DNA from: Dehalococcoidia bacterium
GTDB lineage: Bacteria > Chloroflexota > Dehalococcoidia > Lucifugimonadales > Australimonadaceae
Length of the DNA: 64,000 bases
Direction of reading: 5' to 3'
Assembly (NCBI GenBank): GCA_965242755.1
Contig: OZ251500.1
Location: forward strand, 2,625,339-2,689,338
Shown one piece after another: positions 11,801-18,918 of the stretch (positions within the stretch are counted from its first letter, which is position 1; every line of letters begins with the position of its first letter). A program made the position numbers and the translations under genes. The notes beneath the pieces were generated by a model. That model saw only the letters and a list, made by a program, of their open reading frames with translations, searched no databases and was not told the DNA's origin.

Positions 11801-11941
11801 CTCGACGAGGACGTCGGGGCGGCCGCCGCCGTCGAGGACGCTGCCGGTCTGTTCGGCGCGGGCGCGCCAACTGCGGCGCAGGCGGTCGAGCGCCTCGCCG
11901 AGGGCGGCGTTGAGGGTGGGCTCATGAGTTGGGCCTGGCAT
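8819..11941 (-). CDS. MmeI-like (type IIG/IIL-architecture) candidate: N-terminal PD-(D/E)xK-like nuclease region, gamma-class N6-adenine DNA methyltransferase, C-terminal specificity-like domain
   Basis: 1040 aa. SAM motif I is VGDFACGTGTLL. Motif IV is NPPF (DLVIMNPPFTRP, + strand ~10341-10360). N-terminus has RPDVLVED...VVIEAER, resembling a restriction-nuclease core. C-terminal third resembles TaqI/MmeI-type TRDs. No neighbouring R, S or BREX genes. No obvious SD at the ATG. Confidence 0.65.
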   Translation of the reverse strand: MPGPTHEPTLNAALGEALDRLRRSWRARAEQTGSVLDGGGRPDVLVEDASGWPVVIEAERADHASAERDAIARLGRKVSGRDFVIETAIALVYPDDLTYLDGARLRDALDRTDALEYALYTRRAAEPPERLPEDGWVRGSVRDLAMLTHRAAAPAPRVEALAQAFEQGVEAAADAFTRRHRYGGELGADIARILGQYDDAAGQTRRMAMTVLMNALIFHSALAAAEFQVADEPGGPTRSVRMPALLQGVRSETFDPEELCAEWERILAVNYWPIFWTAKEMLRRMPPATAAGALAALWGAALSLIVGGVTRSHDLTGIVFQRLIADRKFLATFYTRPEAAALLAGLALPAARAPGGADWGDAETLASLQVGDFACGTGTLLSAAYQRLSLLHELHGGDPAALHAPMMKHGLVGLDVLNINVHLTAAMLAGSHPDTPFDGECLLTMPYGERYLRSNGNGKRNGNGRNGGNGNGKPKETVTVGSLDLLRGDVQAGLLGHAAAVTSGGRAPEEVRDLVSRVGHGKFDLVIMNPPFTRPTNHEAAHANVPNPAYAAFETSPEDQRAMSDAVKMLTEDSPSNDYAGLASHFVELAERKARPDGAIALVLPLSAMSGGSWESVRSQWRERYTDIIVVTISGAGSFDRSFSADTGMAECLVVARKGTPAAEPRGTFIALRRQVRSAAEAELLASEILRIRESGELRALEGDLGLSVVTIGARPRTANFYGIAADAPLPQTGPWPLVGVADGDLAQAAWHLSRGALPHIGRPATPKTALPITPLRNIARSGPVHRLVGSPTSASRGAFVVRKLQAGAVPTYPILWNHDNTSERTLVIPPDSQGEPRTTEEAERIQATAARAHYNLDFQFNAQSLIAAMTERPCIGGVAWPSVIFENPEHEYAFALWCNSTLGLLLHWWTANKTQSGRGRTTVTGIPNIPSLDTRALTDEQHAAAKSAFDAMRGLRFLPFDQIDEDPARAELDRRLLVDVLGLPESLCDENGPVDVLRRKLAREPQIHGGKKSRVVFDEARDAHGALVVTERSERRSDR

Positions 11942-12029
11942 AGGGAGAGTCTACACGAGCGCCCCGCCCCGCCCGCTAGGGGCGATTGTCGCGCGGGGGA
12001 AGGGGAGTTGCCCACGCGCGGTGCGCCTC

Positions 12030-12320
12030 CTGAACGCGCCCTCTGCGACATCTGCCTATTGCGCGGCGCCGCATCCGTTCCCTACGATGAACCGCGTCCA
12101 ACCGATGCGCGAGACAAGAGGAAGCCAATGAAGACCACGAGAAGCATGCGAACGGGATCGGCAAGCGCGACGGCCAATGTCTCAAATTGTCTCAAAATGT
12201 CTCATTTTGTCTCATTTCCGTCTCAAAACGTCTCATTAGCGTCTCAAACCGTCGCGCGCCGAACCGCCCGAAATACGGCCAACACCAACAAAAGAGGCCC
12301 CGATGACCCGAAATGAGACA
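12030..12320 (+). promoter_or_regulatory. Conserved leader/operator element, copy 1: promoter-like hexamers + 7 phased GTCTCA repeats + inverted repeat at start codon
   Basis: TTGCGC (12059-12064), 18-nt spacer, TACGAT (12083-12088). GTCTC cores at 12179, 12189, 12199, 12209, 12220, 12230 and 12241. Inverted GAGAC at 12315-12319. An inverted copy with the same layout, differing by point substitutions and one missing repeat unit, lies at 27340-27600. Confidence 0.6.
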
Positions 12321-12374
12321 TCCCCCAGGGCAAATTCAGCAAGCCCGCAACCTGACCGAAAACGAGGCCATACG

Positions 12375-13637
12375 ATGAACCACCCTCCCCTGAACGTGAA
12401 CCGCGAGCGCATGGACGCCGACGTCCGCCGCCTCGCCGAATTCACCGACCCCGCCCTGCCCTACACCCGCCGCGCCTTCTCCCCGGAGTACGCCGCCGCC
12501 CGCGAATGGCTCGCCCAGCGCTTCCGCGACGCCGGCCTCGTCACGCGCGTCGACGCCGCAGGCAACCTCATCGGACGGCTCGGCCCCAGAGACGGCCCCG
12601 TCCTCATGCTCGGATCCCACATCGACACCGTCGAGGCGGGCGGACGCTTCGACGGCGTCGTGGGCGTCGTCGGCGCGCTCGAAATCGCCCGCCGCATCCG
12701 CGAGACCGGCGCCGCGCTCGCGCATCCCCTCGAAATCGTGGACTTCGTCTGCGAAGAGCCCACCATCGTGGATATGAGCCCCCTCGGCAGCCGCGTGATG
12801 GCAGGCGACATCACCGCCGAAATGATCGCCGCCGCATACGCCCCCTCCGGCGAGCCGCTCGGCGAGGCGATAGCCCGACTCGGCGGCGACCCCGCCCGCC
12901 TCCATGAGGCGCGCCGCAAGCCCGGCGAAACGCTCGCCTACATGGAATTGCACATCGAGCAGGGCCCCGTTCTCGAGCGCGCCGGAATGGACGTCGGAAT
13001 CGTCACCGTCATCGCCGCCCCTTGCCGCGCGGTCGTCTCGCTCGTCGGCGTCGCCGACCACGCGGGCGCGACCTCGATGGCCGACCGCCGCGACGCGCTC
13101 GCGGGCGCCGCGGAACTCATCCTCGCCGTCGAGCGCGCCGCGAGCGCCCCAGACGTCGCGCAGGAAAGCGTCGGCACCGTCGGCTTCCTCCGCGTCAGCC
13201 CCAATATGGTCAACGTCATCCCCGGACGCGCCGACCTCACGGTGGAGGCCCGAAGCGCGCAGAGCGAGGCGCTCCTCTGGGTCCGCGAGGAGATTGAGCG
13301 TTCGCTCCATGAAATAGCCGCCCGCCGCGGCCTCGACGCGGCGATTGAATGGCGCCACTTGGAGGAGCCCGTCCCGATCCCCGTCGAAATGCAAGAGATC
13401 ATTGCGGAATCCGCAACCGATTTGCGAATGCGCGCAATGCGCCTCCCAAGCCGCGCATCCCACGACGCCGCCCGCCTCGCCCCCGTCGCTCCCGTCGGAA
13501 TGGTCTTCATCCCCTGCAAAGACGGGCGCAGCCACTGCCCCGAGGAATGGGCGGACGCGGACGACGTCGCCGCCGGAGCGGAGGTCCTGGGCCGCGCCCT
13601 CCTCCGACTCGACGCCCAGCATCGCCCTTCCCGTTAA
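12375..13637 (+). CDS. Zn-dependent M20-family amidase (hydantoinase/carbamoylase-type; allantoate amidohydrolase / N-carbamoyl-L-amino-acid hydrolase-like)
   Basis: LMLGSHIDTVEAGGRFDGVVGV, metal-ligand context DFVCEEP, MELHIEQGPVLE, PSRASHDAA, FIPCKDGRSHCPEE. The start is set at MNHPP. The ORF is open from 12303, whose ATG belongs to the repeated leader element. Confidence 0.85.
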   Translation: MNHPPLNVNRERMDADVRRLAEFTDPALPYTRRAFSPEYAAAREWLAQRFRDAGLVTRVDAAGNLIGRLGPRDGPVLMLGSHIDTVEAGGRFDGVVGVVGALEIARRIRETGAALAHPLEIVDFVCEEPTIVDMSPLGSRVMAGDITAEMIAAAYAPSGEPLGEAIARLGGDPARLHEARRKPGETLAYMELHIEQGPVLERAGMDVGIVTVIAAPCRAVVSLVGVADHAGATSMADRRDALAGAAELILAVERAASAPDVAQESVGTVGFLRVSPNMVNVIPGRADLTVEARSAQSEALLWVREEIERSLHEIAARRGLDAAIEWRHLEEPVPIPVEMQEIIAESATDLRMRAMRLPSRASHDAARLAPVAPVGMVFIPCKDGRSHCPEEWADADDVAAGAEVLGRALLRLDAQHRPSR

Positions 13638-13689
13638 GGAGGCGTCCGAATGCATGCGCGGAGACGGAATTCGGCGGGCGGCGCAACTT

Positions 13690-13833
13690 GGCGCAACAAC
13701 CGCCCGCGAAGCGGGAACTCGGGCGGCGCGAAGCGCCAACCCCCCTCTCCCTCTGGGAGAGGGGCCGGGGGTGAGGGTTGCCCCGCGTAGGCGGGAATCC
13801 AGTCGGCGCAAGCGCCAACCCCCCTCTCCCTCT
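13690..13833. repeat. Cluster of REP-like palindromic modules (CCCTCTCCCTCTGGGAGAGGGG hairpin; CCGCGTAGGCGGGAATCCAGTCGGCGCG module)
   Basis: Perfect short hairpins (ATTCCCGC-GTAG-GCGGGAAT type). The same modules recur at ~15.05-15.41, 20.73-20.86, 22.98-23.02, 27.12-27.30, 35.74, 37.67-37.93, 39.40-39.55, 54.07-54.10, 57.10-57.31 and 62.76-62.96 kb. Confidence 0.85.
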
Positions 13834-15047
13834 GGAGACCTTTGCATAACTGAGCGTTTCGCGCGATTGGGCAGTTCCGCGCCGCTCCGATGGCCATTTC
13901 GCCCCGTCTAGCCCCCCATAGGCCGCCCTCATCCCTCCCTGCTCGCCCCGTTTTCGGGGCTCCGCAGGGCCTCTTACCCCAAACGGACGCACTACCCCCT
14001 ACGCAATCGCGGCGCCCCGCGCCTCGCACAACCCGTCCGCGCGCCGCAAGTTGTACGCCATAACCTTGAACATCGCCTCCGCAACGTTCTTCTCCAGCCC
14101 CACGTACCGCGTCCGCCAGTACCCGTAACTCCGCTTCAGCGTCCCAAACACCCCTTCGACAGGCGCCCGAACCTTCGAAACCAGCGCGTTCCGCCTCCGC
14201 TGCCAATACGGCAACTCCGCCTGGTTCTTATGCGACCGATGCATGATCCGGTCATTGATGCCGCGCGCGCGTAACCGCTTCCGACGCTCCTTCGACTCAT
14301 ACGCCTTGTCCGCGTACACCGCCTTCTCGTCCCCCATGATCAGCGCGTCAGCGACGTCCGTGTCCGCCACGTTCGCAGGCGTCAACTCCACTCCGCGAAC
14401 CAGCCCGGAGACGCCGTCCATCCCGATGTGCAGTTTGTAGCCGAAGCGCGACTTCTTCCCCTTCCGCGTCCACGCGGCGTCAGGGTCCGTCTTGCTCCCC
14501 GCGCCCGCCTCCGACCCGGGGCGACGCGCCTGCGCCTCGATCACCGACGCGTCGATCAGCGTTCCCTTCTTCACCAGCAGCCCCTTCTTCTCCAACTGGC
14601 GGCCCACCTCCTCGAACAGCCGACGCGCGAGCCCCCGCTCCGCGACCGCTTTCCGAAAGCGGCTGATCGTCGAGTGGTCGGGAACCGCGTCCTGGAGCGT
14701 GAGCCCCGCGAACCGGCGGAACGACAGCCGGTCGGTCACCGCCTCCTCTATCGCGACGTCCGAGGCGTCATACCACTGTTGGAGGATGATGATTTTCACC
14801 ATCGTGAGGGGCGGGTAGGCGGGGCGGCCTTCAGTGGATGCGTAGAGGCCGCTGACCTGCTTGGCGACTTTGGGCCAATCGATCATCTCGTCGATGCGGT
14901 CGAGTTGGTCGTTGCGTCCGATGTGGTCGGGGACGAGGACGTCGATGAAGGAGGGTTCGCTGGTCTTGCGATGCATAGCAATCTCCTGGCGTTGGGGTGT
15001 GTTGCGGCCAATTGTGCGCGATGTCGAGGAGTTATGCAAAGGTCTCC
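13834..15047 (-). mobile_element. IS5-family insertion sequence (1214 bp) with 18-bp terminal inverted repeats GGAGACCTTTGCATAACT
   Basis: IRL is at 13834-13851. IRR is at 15030-15047 (reverse complement identical). It has a single DDE transposase ORF. It is inserted in the loop of a CCCTCTCCCTCT/GGGAGAGGG palindrome, with flanking TCT / TCA. Confidence 0.85.
13999..14976 (-). CDS. IS5-family DDE transposase
   Basis: 326 aa from ATG 14976 (MHRKTSEPSFIDVL...). Has an N-terminal DUF4096/HTH-like region (RPAYPPLTMVKIIILQQWY..SD), FGYKLHIGMD, VYADKAYES and the C-terminal VEGVFGTLKRSYG motif. The 5' extension to 15240 in the track is read-through into repeats. Confidence 0.9.
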   Translation of the reverse strand: MHRKTSEPSFIDVLVPDHIGRNDQLDRIDEMIDWPKVAKQVSGLYASTEGRPAYPPLTMVKIIILQQWYDASDVAIEEAVTDRLSFRRFAGLTLQDAVPDHSTISRFRKAVAERGLARRLFEEVGRQLEKKGLLVKKGTLIDASVIEAQARRPGSEAGAGSKTDPDAAWTRKGKKSRFGYKLHIGMDGVSGLVRGVELTPANVADTDVADALIMGDEKAVYADKAYESKERRKRLRARGINDRIMHRSHKNQAELPYWQRRRNALVSKVRAPVEGVFGTLKRSYGYWRTRYVGLEKNVAEAMFKVMAYNLRRADGLCEARGAAIA

Positions 15048-15146
15048 TCAGGGAGAGGGCAGCCGCGAAGCGGCGGGTGAGGGTTGCCTGCCCGCGTAGG
15101 CGAGAATCCATGCGGCGCGCAAGCGCCAATCCCGCCCTCTCCCTCT

Positions 15147-15291
15147 GGAGACCTTTGCATAACCTATCGTCATTCCCACGTAGGCGGGAATCCAGTCGGC
15201 GCGCAAGCGCCGCTCCTCTCCTACGTAAGCGCCGCGTCATTCCCGCGAAAGCGGGAACCTACTGGGGCAGAGGAGTTATGCAAAGGTCTCC
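15147..15291. mobile_element. MITE derived from the adjacent IS5-family element (145 bp, same terminal IRs, TCT target duplication)
   Basis: GGAGACCTTTGCATAAC at 15147 and its reverse complement ending at 15291. The interior consists of REP hairpins only. It is flanked by TCT/TCT inside the same palindrome type that the full IS occupies. Confidence 0.75.
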
Positions 15292-15535
15292 TCTGGGAGA
15301 GGGGCCGGGGGTGAGGGTTGCCCCGCGTAGGCGGGAATCCAGTCGGCGCGAAGCGCCAACCCCCTCTCCTTCTGGGAGAGGGGCCGGGGGTGAGGGTTGC
15401 CTCATTCCGTTAATAAAAATGGCGTAAATTCGTAATGAAAACGCTTGATTCCGCTATTCAAGCGTCGTATACTGACATCGTCGGCGGCTGAGGGCTGCCG
15501 GAGAACGAGCGGAGAGCGGAGAAAGGACAGAGGAG

Positions 15536-15751
15536 ATGCTGCAAACGATCAGAGGAATGTTCGGCGCGTTTGAAGAGGGGCTCGCCCTCGCGCGGATCGC
15601 AGGCCGCCACGAGAACGACCCCGTCGAGATGACCGGCGCGATCCAGGACGCGCTCGCCCAGCGGCGCGCCCCGAAGGCGCTCCCCGTCATCCTCGCCCCG
15701 GCCGTCCAACAGCCCATCGAGACGCTGGAGCCGGAGAAGGCGGCCGCCTAA
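15536..15751 (+). CDS. Hypothetical small protein (71 aa)
   Basis: Good SD (AAAGGACAGAGGAG) upstream of the ATG. Coding-like codon bias. No recognisable family. Confidence 0.4.
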   Translation: MLQTIRGMFGAFEEGLALARIAGRHENDPVEMTGAIQDALAQRRAPKALPVILAPAVQQPIETLEPEKAAA

Positions 15752-15929
15752 CCGCCTCCGAGACTGCCTTGACTGCGTAGGCGGTTCCCGGCCTAACCCC
15801 CTCTCCCGCTTGACGGAGAGGGATGGGGTAAGGGCGGAACAAACGCAACCCCCGCCTGCCCCATCTCCCGCTTGGCGGGAGAGGGATGGGGTGAGGGCAG
15901 AACAAAGAAAAGAAAGGAGGGCGACAGAG

Positions 15930-16082
15930 ATGATTCTCCTCAAGGCATGCGCCCACTGCGGCGGCGACGTTCTGTGCAGGAAGGGCATGGACGGCATCGA
16001 GTGCCGGTGCCTCCTGTGCAGCCGCGCGCTCGACCTGAAAACCGCCGCCGCCCTCATCCAGCAGCGCAAGACCGCTGCCTAG
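15930..16082 (+). CDS. Hypothetical small zinc-ribbon protein (50 aa)
   Basis: ATG at 15930 is preceded by AAAGGAGG. Has CxxC...CxC..C spacing (CAHCGG...ECRCLLC). The upstream part of the track ORF lies in REP repeats. Confidence 0.45.
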   Translation: MILLKACAHCGGDVLCRKGMDGIECRCLLCSRALDLKTAAALIQQRKTAA

Positions 16083-16373
16083 CCCGGCTCCCCCAGGGAG
16101 CCAACGACGAGAGCCGGCGCAAATGCGCCGGCGTTGCGGCGTATGGGCGTTTCTCTCGATGTTGACTTGCCGCGACGCGCCGTATACGCTTGCGGGCGAT
16201 GCGGAAGCGCGTTTGGAAAATCGTCGCGGCGGCGCTGCTCTGCGGGTGCCTTGCGCTCGCGGGGACAATGGCGCTCGCCGTCGCCGGCCTGCTCGACGTC
16301 GGCCCGACGGCGCAGGCGCAAGAGAGCGGCGGGGAGGGGCACCTTGGTGCTCGGCGGCTTTAGGTAGACCGTC

Positions 16374-17617
16374 ATGAAACCTTGCTGTTGGTTGATGCTG
16401 ATCATCGTCGCGATGATCGGAGGGTGCGCGTACTGGGTAGTGACGGCCCTTAATCCTGATTTCCCTACCTGGGGGGACAACCCGCAAGGACACCTGTGGG
16501 AACACCAGCGAATCCGAAAATCTCAGCACCCTGTGCCTCCGCTATGGAGTTCAGATGGAAAACAAATAGTTTTCAACGACGGATTCCGTATGCATACAAT
16601 AACGCTTGGTTCTCTTTCTATGCATTCATTTCGCGATGGGCATCTTCTGTCTCTTGAGTACTCTTCTAGTCTTTCAAACGATGGAATTGTCGTAATGACT
16701 CAATATAATCATCCTTTTGAGCGAAGACAGGTAGAGCGTGATTTCGAAATTGCTTCCGTCAATTTGGACGGTTCCAATAATCGCTTACTGTCAACTCCTT
16801 ACTCAATGGTGACTCCTCAAGATTTCTATTACCCTAATGGTCGCCAAATGGCGAGCATATAGCATATTTAACTTGGGTAGGCTCTCCCCCTCGAACAGCC
16901 TTGCATACGATGGATAGAAACGGTTCTGATGTGCGTGTCCACGCTTCGGAAGTAACACCTTACTACCATCCACCTGTTTGGTCAAACAATAGTGAAAGAA
17001 TTGCTTTCATAGTTAACACATCCCCTAGTAGTCGCCCTCAATTCGTAATTTTCATCGTTGGATTTAACGATTCTTCCACGGTTCGATTGCGAGAAACCGC
17101 GAGCCTACCCGGCTGGGGTCGGGGTGATAAACTCATAGCGTTCGTGACCCATATAGGGGACGTTTCAACCATATTGACTGTTGGAGCCGACGGAACAAAT
17201 CTGCAGGAGGTCGCGTCATTCCCCGATGTCTTGCCTGAATTGGAAGGCTCCGGGATTGACTACCCCATTGGGGGCCGCGATCGCCTCCCGCGCGGGCATG
17301 TCTCTTGGTCGTCCGACGGCTCGGAGATTCGCCTGCATCAAAGCCCGTTCGTCGCCGTCAACGCCGACGGCTCCAATTTGCGTATCATGCGGGGGCGGCC
17401 GGACGCGCTCGCGTCGTGGTCGCCCGACGAGTCTCGGATTGCGGTCTACTTGCCTGGCCGCGAGGTTCGACTCTTCACGATGGACGCTGACGGCTCGAAC
17501 AAGCAATCTCTGGTTCGATGGGATAGCGGTTCTGGGGAGTTGGTCGCCGACCGCCGGCCTTTGGATATAGACGGATTTGACTGGGAGGCGTATCCTTCGG
17601 CGGAGGGGGAACGATGA
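16374..17617 (+). pseudogene. TolB-like WD40/PD40 beta-propeller protein with N-terminal membrane anchor, interrupted by a frameshift near 16835-16845
   Basis: ORF 16374-16862 and ORF 16901-17617 both carry PD40-type repeats (WSSDGKQIVF, SWSSDGSEIRL, SWSPDESRIAVY, FTMDADGSNKQSL). Frame 2 is already open from 16835 and reads WSPNGEHIAYLTWVG...HTMDRNGSDVRV, so one missing base near AAT(T)GG would join the two ORFs. GC drops to ~40-50% here. Confidence 0.7.
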
Positions 17618-17688
17618 ACCTGGCCATCATCTCAATCTTGCGGATCGTGGCGACGGCGCCGCCACACTGCGCCAGACGGTAAATTAGC

Positions 17689-18918
17689 ATGGTTAGCGTC
17701 AAAACCTGCGGGCTCATTGCGGCGCTTTTCCTGCTAGCGGCATGCATCAACACGCCGTCGCCAGCCAATTCGCCCACCAGCGAACCCACGCCTACCCTTT
17801 TGCCTTCCGGTGACTTCCTGCCCACCATTTCGCCTATGCATGAACTTCCTTCATCCTTCAGCGAAGCGACCACGCTTAGCGCCGGCGAATTCCATACCTG
17901 CGCGCTCCGTCCGGGCGGATATCCTGTGTGTTGGGGCTGGGATCTGTACGGGCAATCTTCGCCTGCAGCGCCTCATAAGGCGCAGAGCGTTGCGGCAATT
18001 ACTGCAGGAGGAGCGCATACGTGCATGGTTTTTTCAGATGATTCATTTTTCTGCAACGGCCCTTATTATTATGCTTACGCTTCGCGCCCCGGAAGGTTTG
18101 GGCATTATCGTCAATGGCCCGGAGACCCGCAACCGTTGGAAATCAGCACGCCGCCTAGCAGTCAACGGTTTTTCACGGTGAGCAGCGGCCGCAACCATGC
18201 GTGCGGCATCCCGCTTCCCCCTGGTTCGGATCCATCGGATCCGAAGGTAATCTGTTGGGGCGGGAATTCGCATGGCGAAGCGGCTCCGTACTTCTATATG
18301 GAAGGAATAAAAGCGGTAAGCAGCGGCGGGGATTTCACTTGCGCGCTGCGTTTCTCCGACAGCAAGCCGGTGTGTTGGGGTGAGGCGTACTGGGCGTATA
18401 GCCGAATAGTTGACGGCCATTTTGATCGTTCCTCTGAGCCGCTTCGCTGTCCGCCGAGGAACATCAGGGTTATCAGCCCTTTGTGCGATGAAGCCTTGGA
18501 ACTGACGGGGCCTGGCAGCCCGGAGTATCCTCCCGATGACGAGCATTTCGGGGCTATCAGCAGCGGCGGGTCTCATGTCTGCGCGCTGCGTCTCAAAACC
18601 GATGCTCCGGTCTGTTGGGGATCTAACGCGTGGGGTCAAGCGTCGCCGCCTGAGGACGAGCGATTCGCGGCCATCAGCAGCGGCAGCTTTCATACCTGCG
18701 CGCTGCGATTCGACGGGACTACGGTGTGTTGGGGCGACGACCGCTACGGCCAGGCGTCGCCGCCTGAGGGCGAGCGGTTCGCTGTCATCGACGCCGGTGG
18801 GGGGCATACTTGCGCGCTGCGGTTCGACGGGACTCCTGTTTGCTGGGGGATAGACGGTCACGGCCAAGCGTCGCCGCCTGAGGGCGAGCGTTTCGCGTTG
18901 TCCTTAGGGAGGAGCTGA
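17689..18918 (+). CDS. RCC1-repeat (regulator of chromosome condensation-like beta-propeller) lipoprotein
   Basis: Lipobox LLAAC. At least six repeats of GGxHxCAL(R)...PVCWG(x)xxxGQ(A)SPP. Confidence 0.85.
   Translation: MVSVKTCGLIAALFLLAACINTPSPANSPTSEPTPTLLPSGDFLPTISPMHELPSSFSEATTLSAGEFHTCALRPGGYPVCWGWDLYGQSSPAAPHKAQSVAAITAGGAHTCMVFSDDSFFCNGPYYYAYASRPGRFGHYRQWPGDPQPLEISTPPSSQRFFTVSSGRNHACGIPLPPGSDPSDPKVICWGGNSHGEAAPYFYMEGIKAVSSGGDFTCALRFSDSKPVCWGEAYWAYSRIVDGHFDRSSEPLRCPPRNIRVISPLCDEALELTGPGSPEYPPDDEHFGAISSGGSHVCALRLKTDAPVCWGSNAWGQASPPEDERFAAISSGSFHTCALRFDGTTVCWGDDRYGQASPPEGERFAVIDAGGGHTCALRFDGTPVCWGIDGHGQASPPEGERFALSLGRS

Noticed and set aside
12179-12247. The GTCTCA array considered as a CRISPR array or as transposon-end binding sites related to the IS5 IR (GGAGAC...).
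   Set aside because: The units are 10-11 bp with no spacers, far too short for CRISPR. The resemblance to the IS inverted repeat is limited to GAGAC(A/C)TTTG. The array lies inside a promoter-to-start-codon unit rather than at an element terminus. The IS link is kept only as a caveat.
12128-12316. An ORF reading through the GTCTCA array (MKTTRSMRTG...SQNVSLASQTVARR...GPDDPK), with a counterpart at 27349-27603(-). Considered as a possible leader peptide.
   Set aside because: Over the part shared by both copies I count ~5 non-synonymous versus ~3 synonymous differences. The N-terminal halves and start codons are not homologous. Conservation tracks the DNA/RNA repeat rather than a protein.
16199-16363. 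A 54-aa signal-peptide-like ORF (MRKRVWKIVAAALLCGCLALAGTMALAVAG...) just upstream of the propeller gene.
   Set aside because: It is too short, lacks a clear SD, and has no family match. It could be a remnant N-terminus of a lost exported protein. Not called as a feature.
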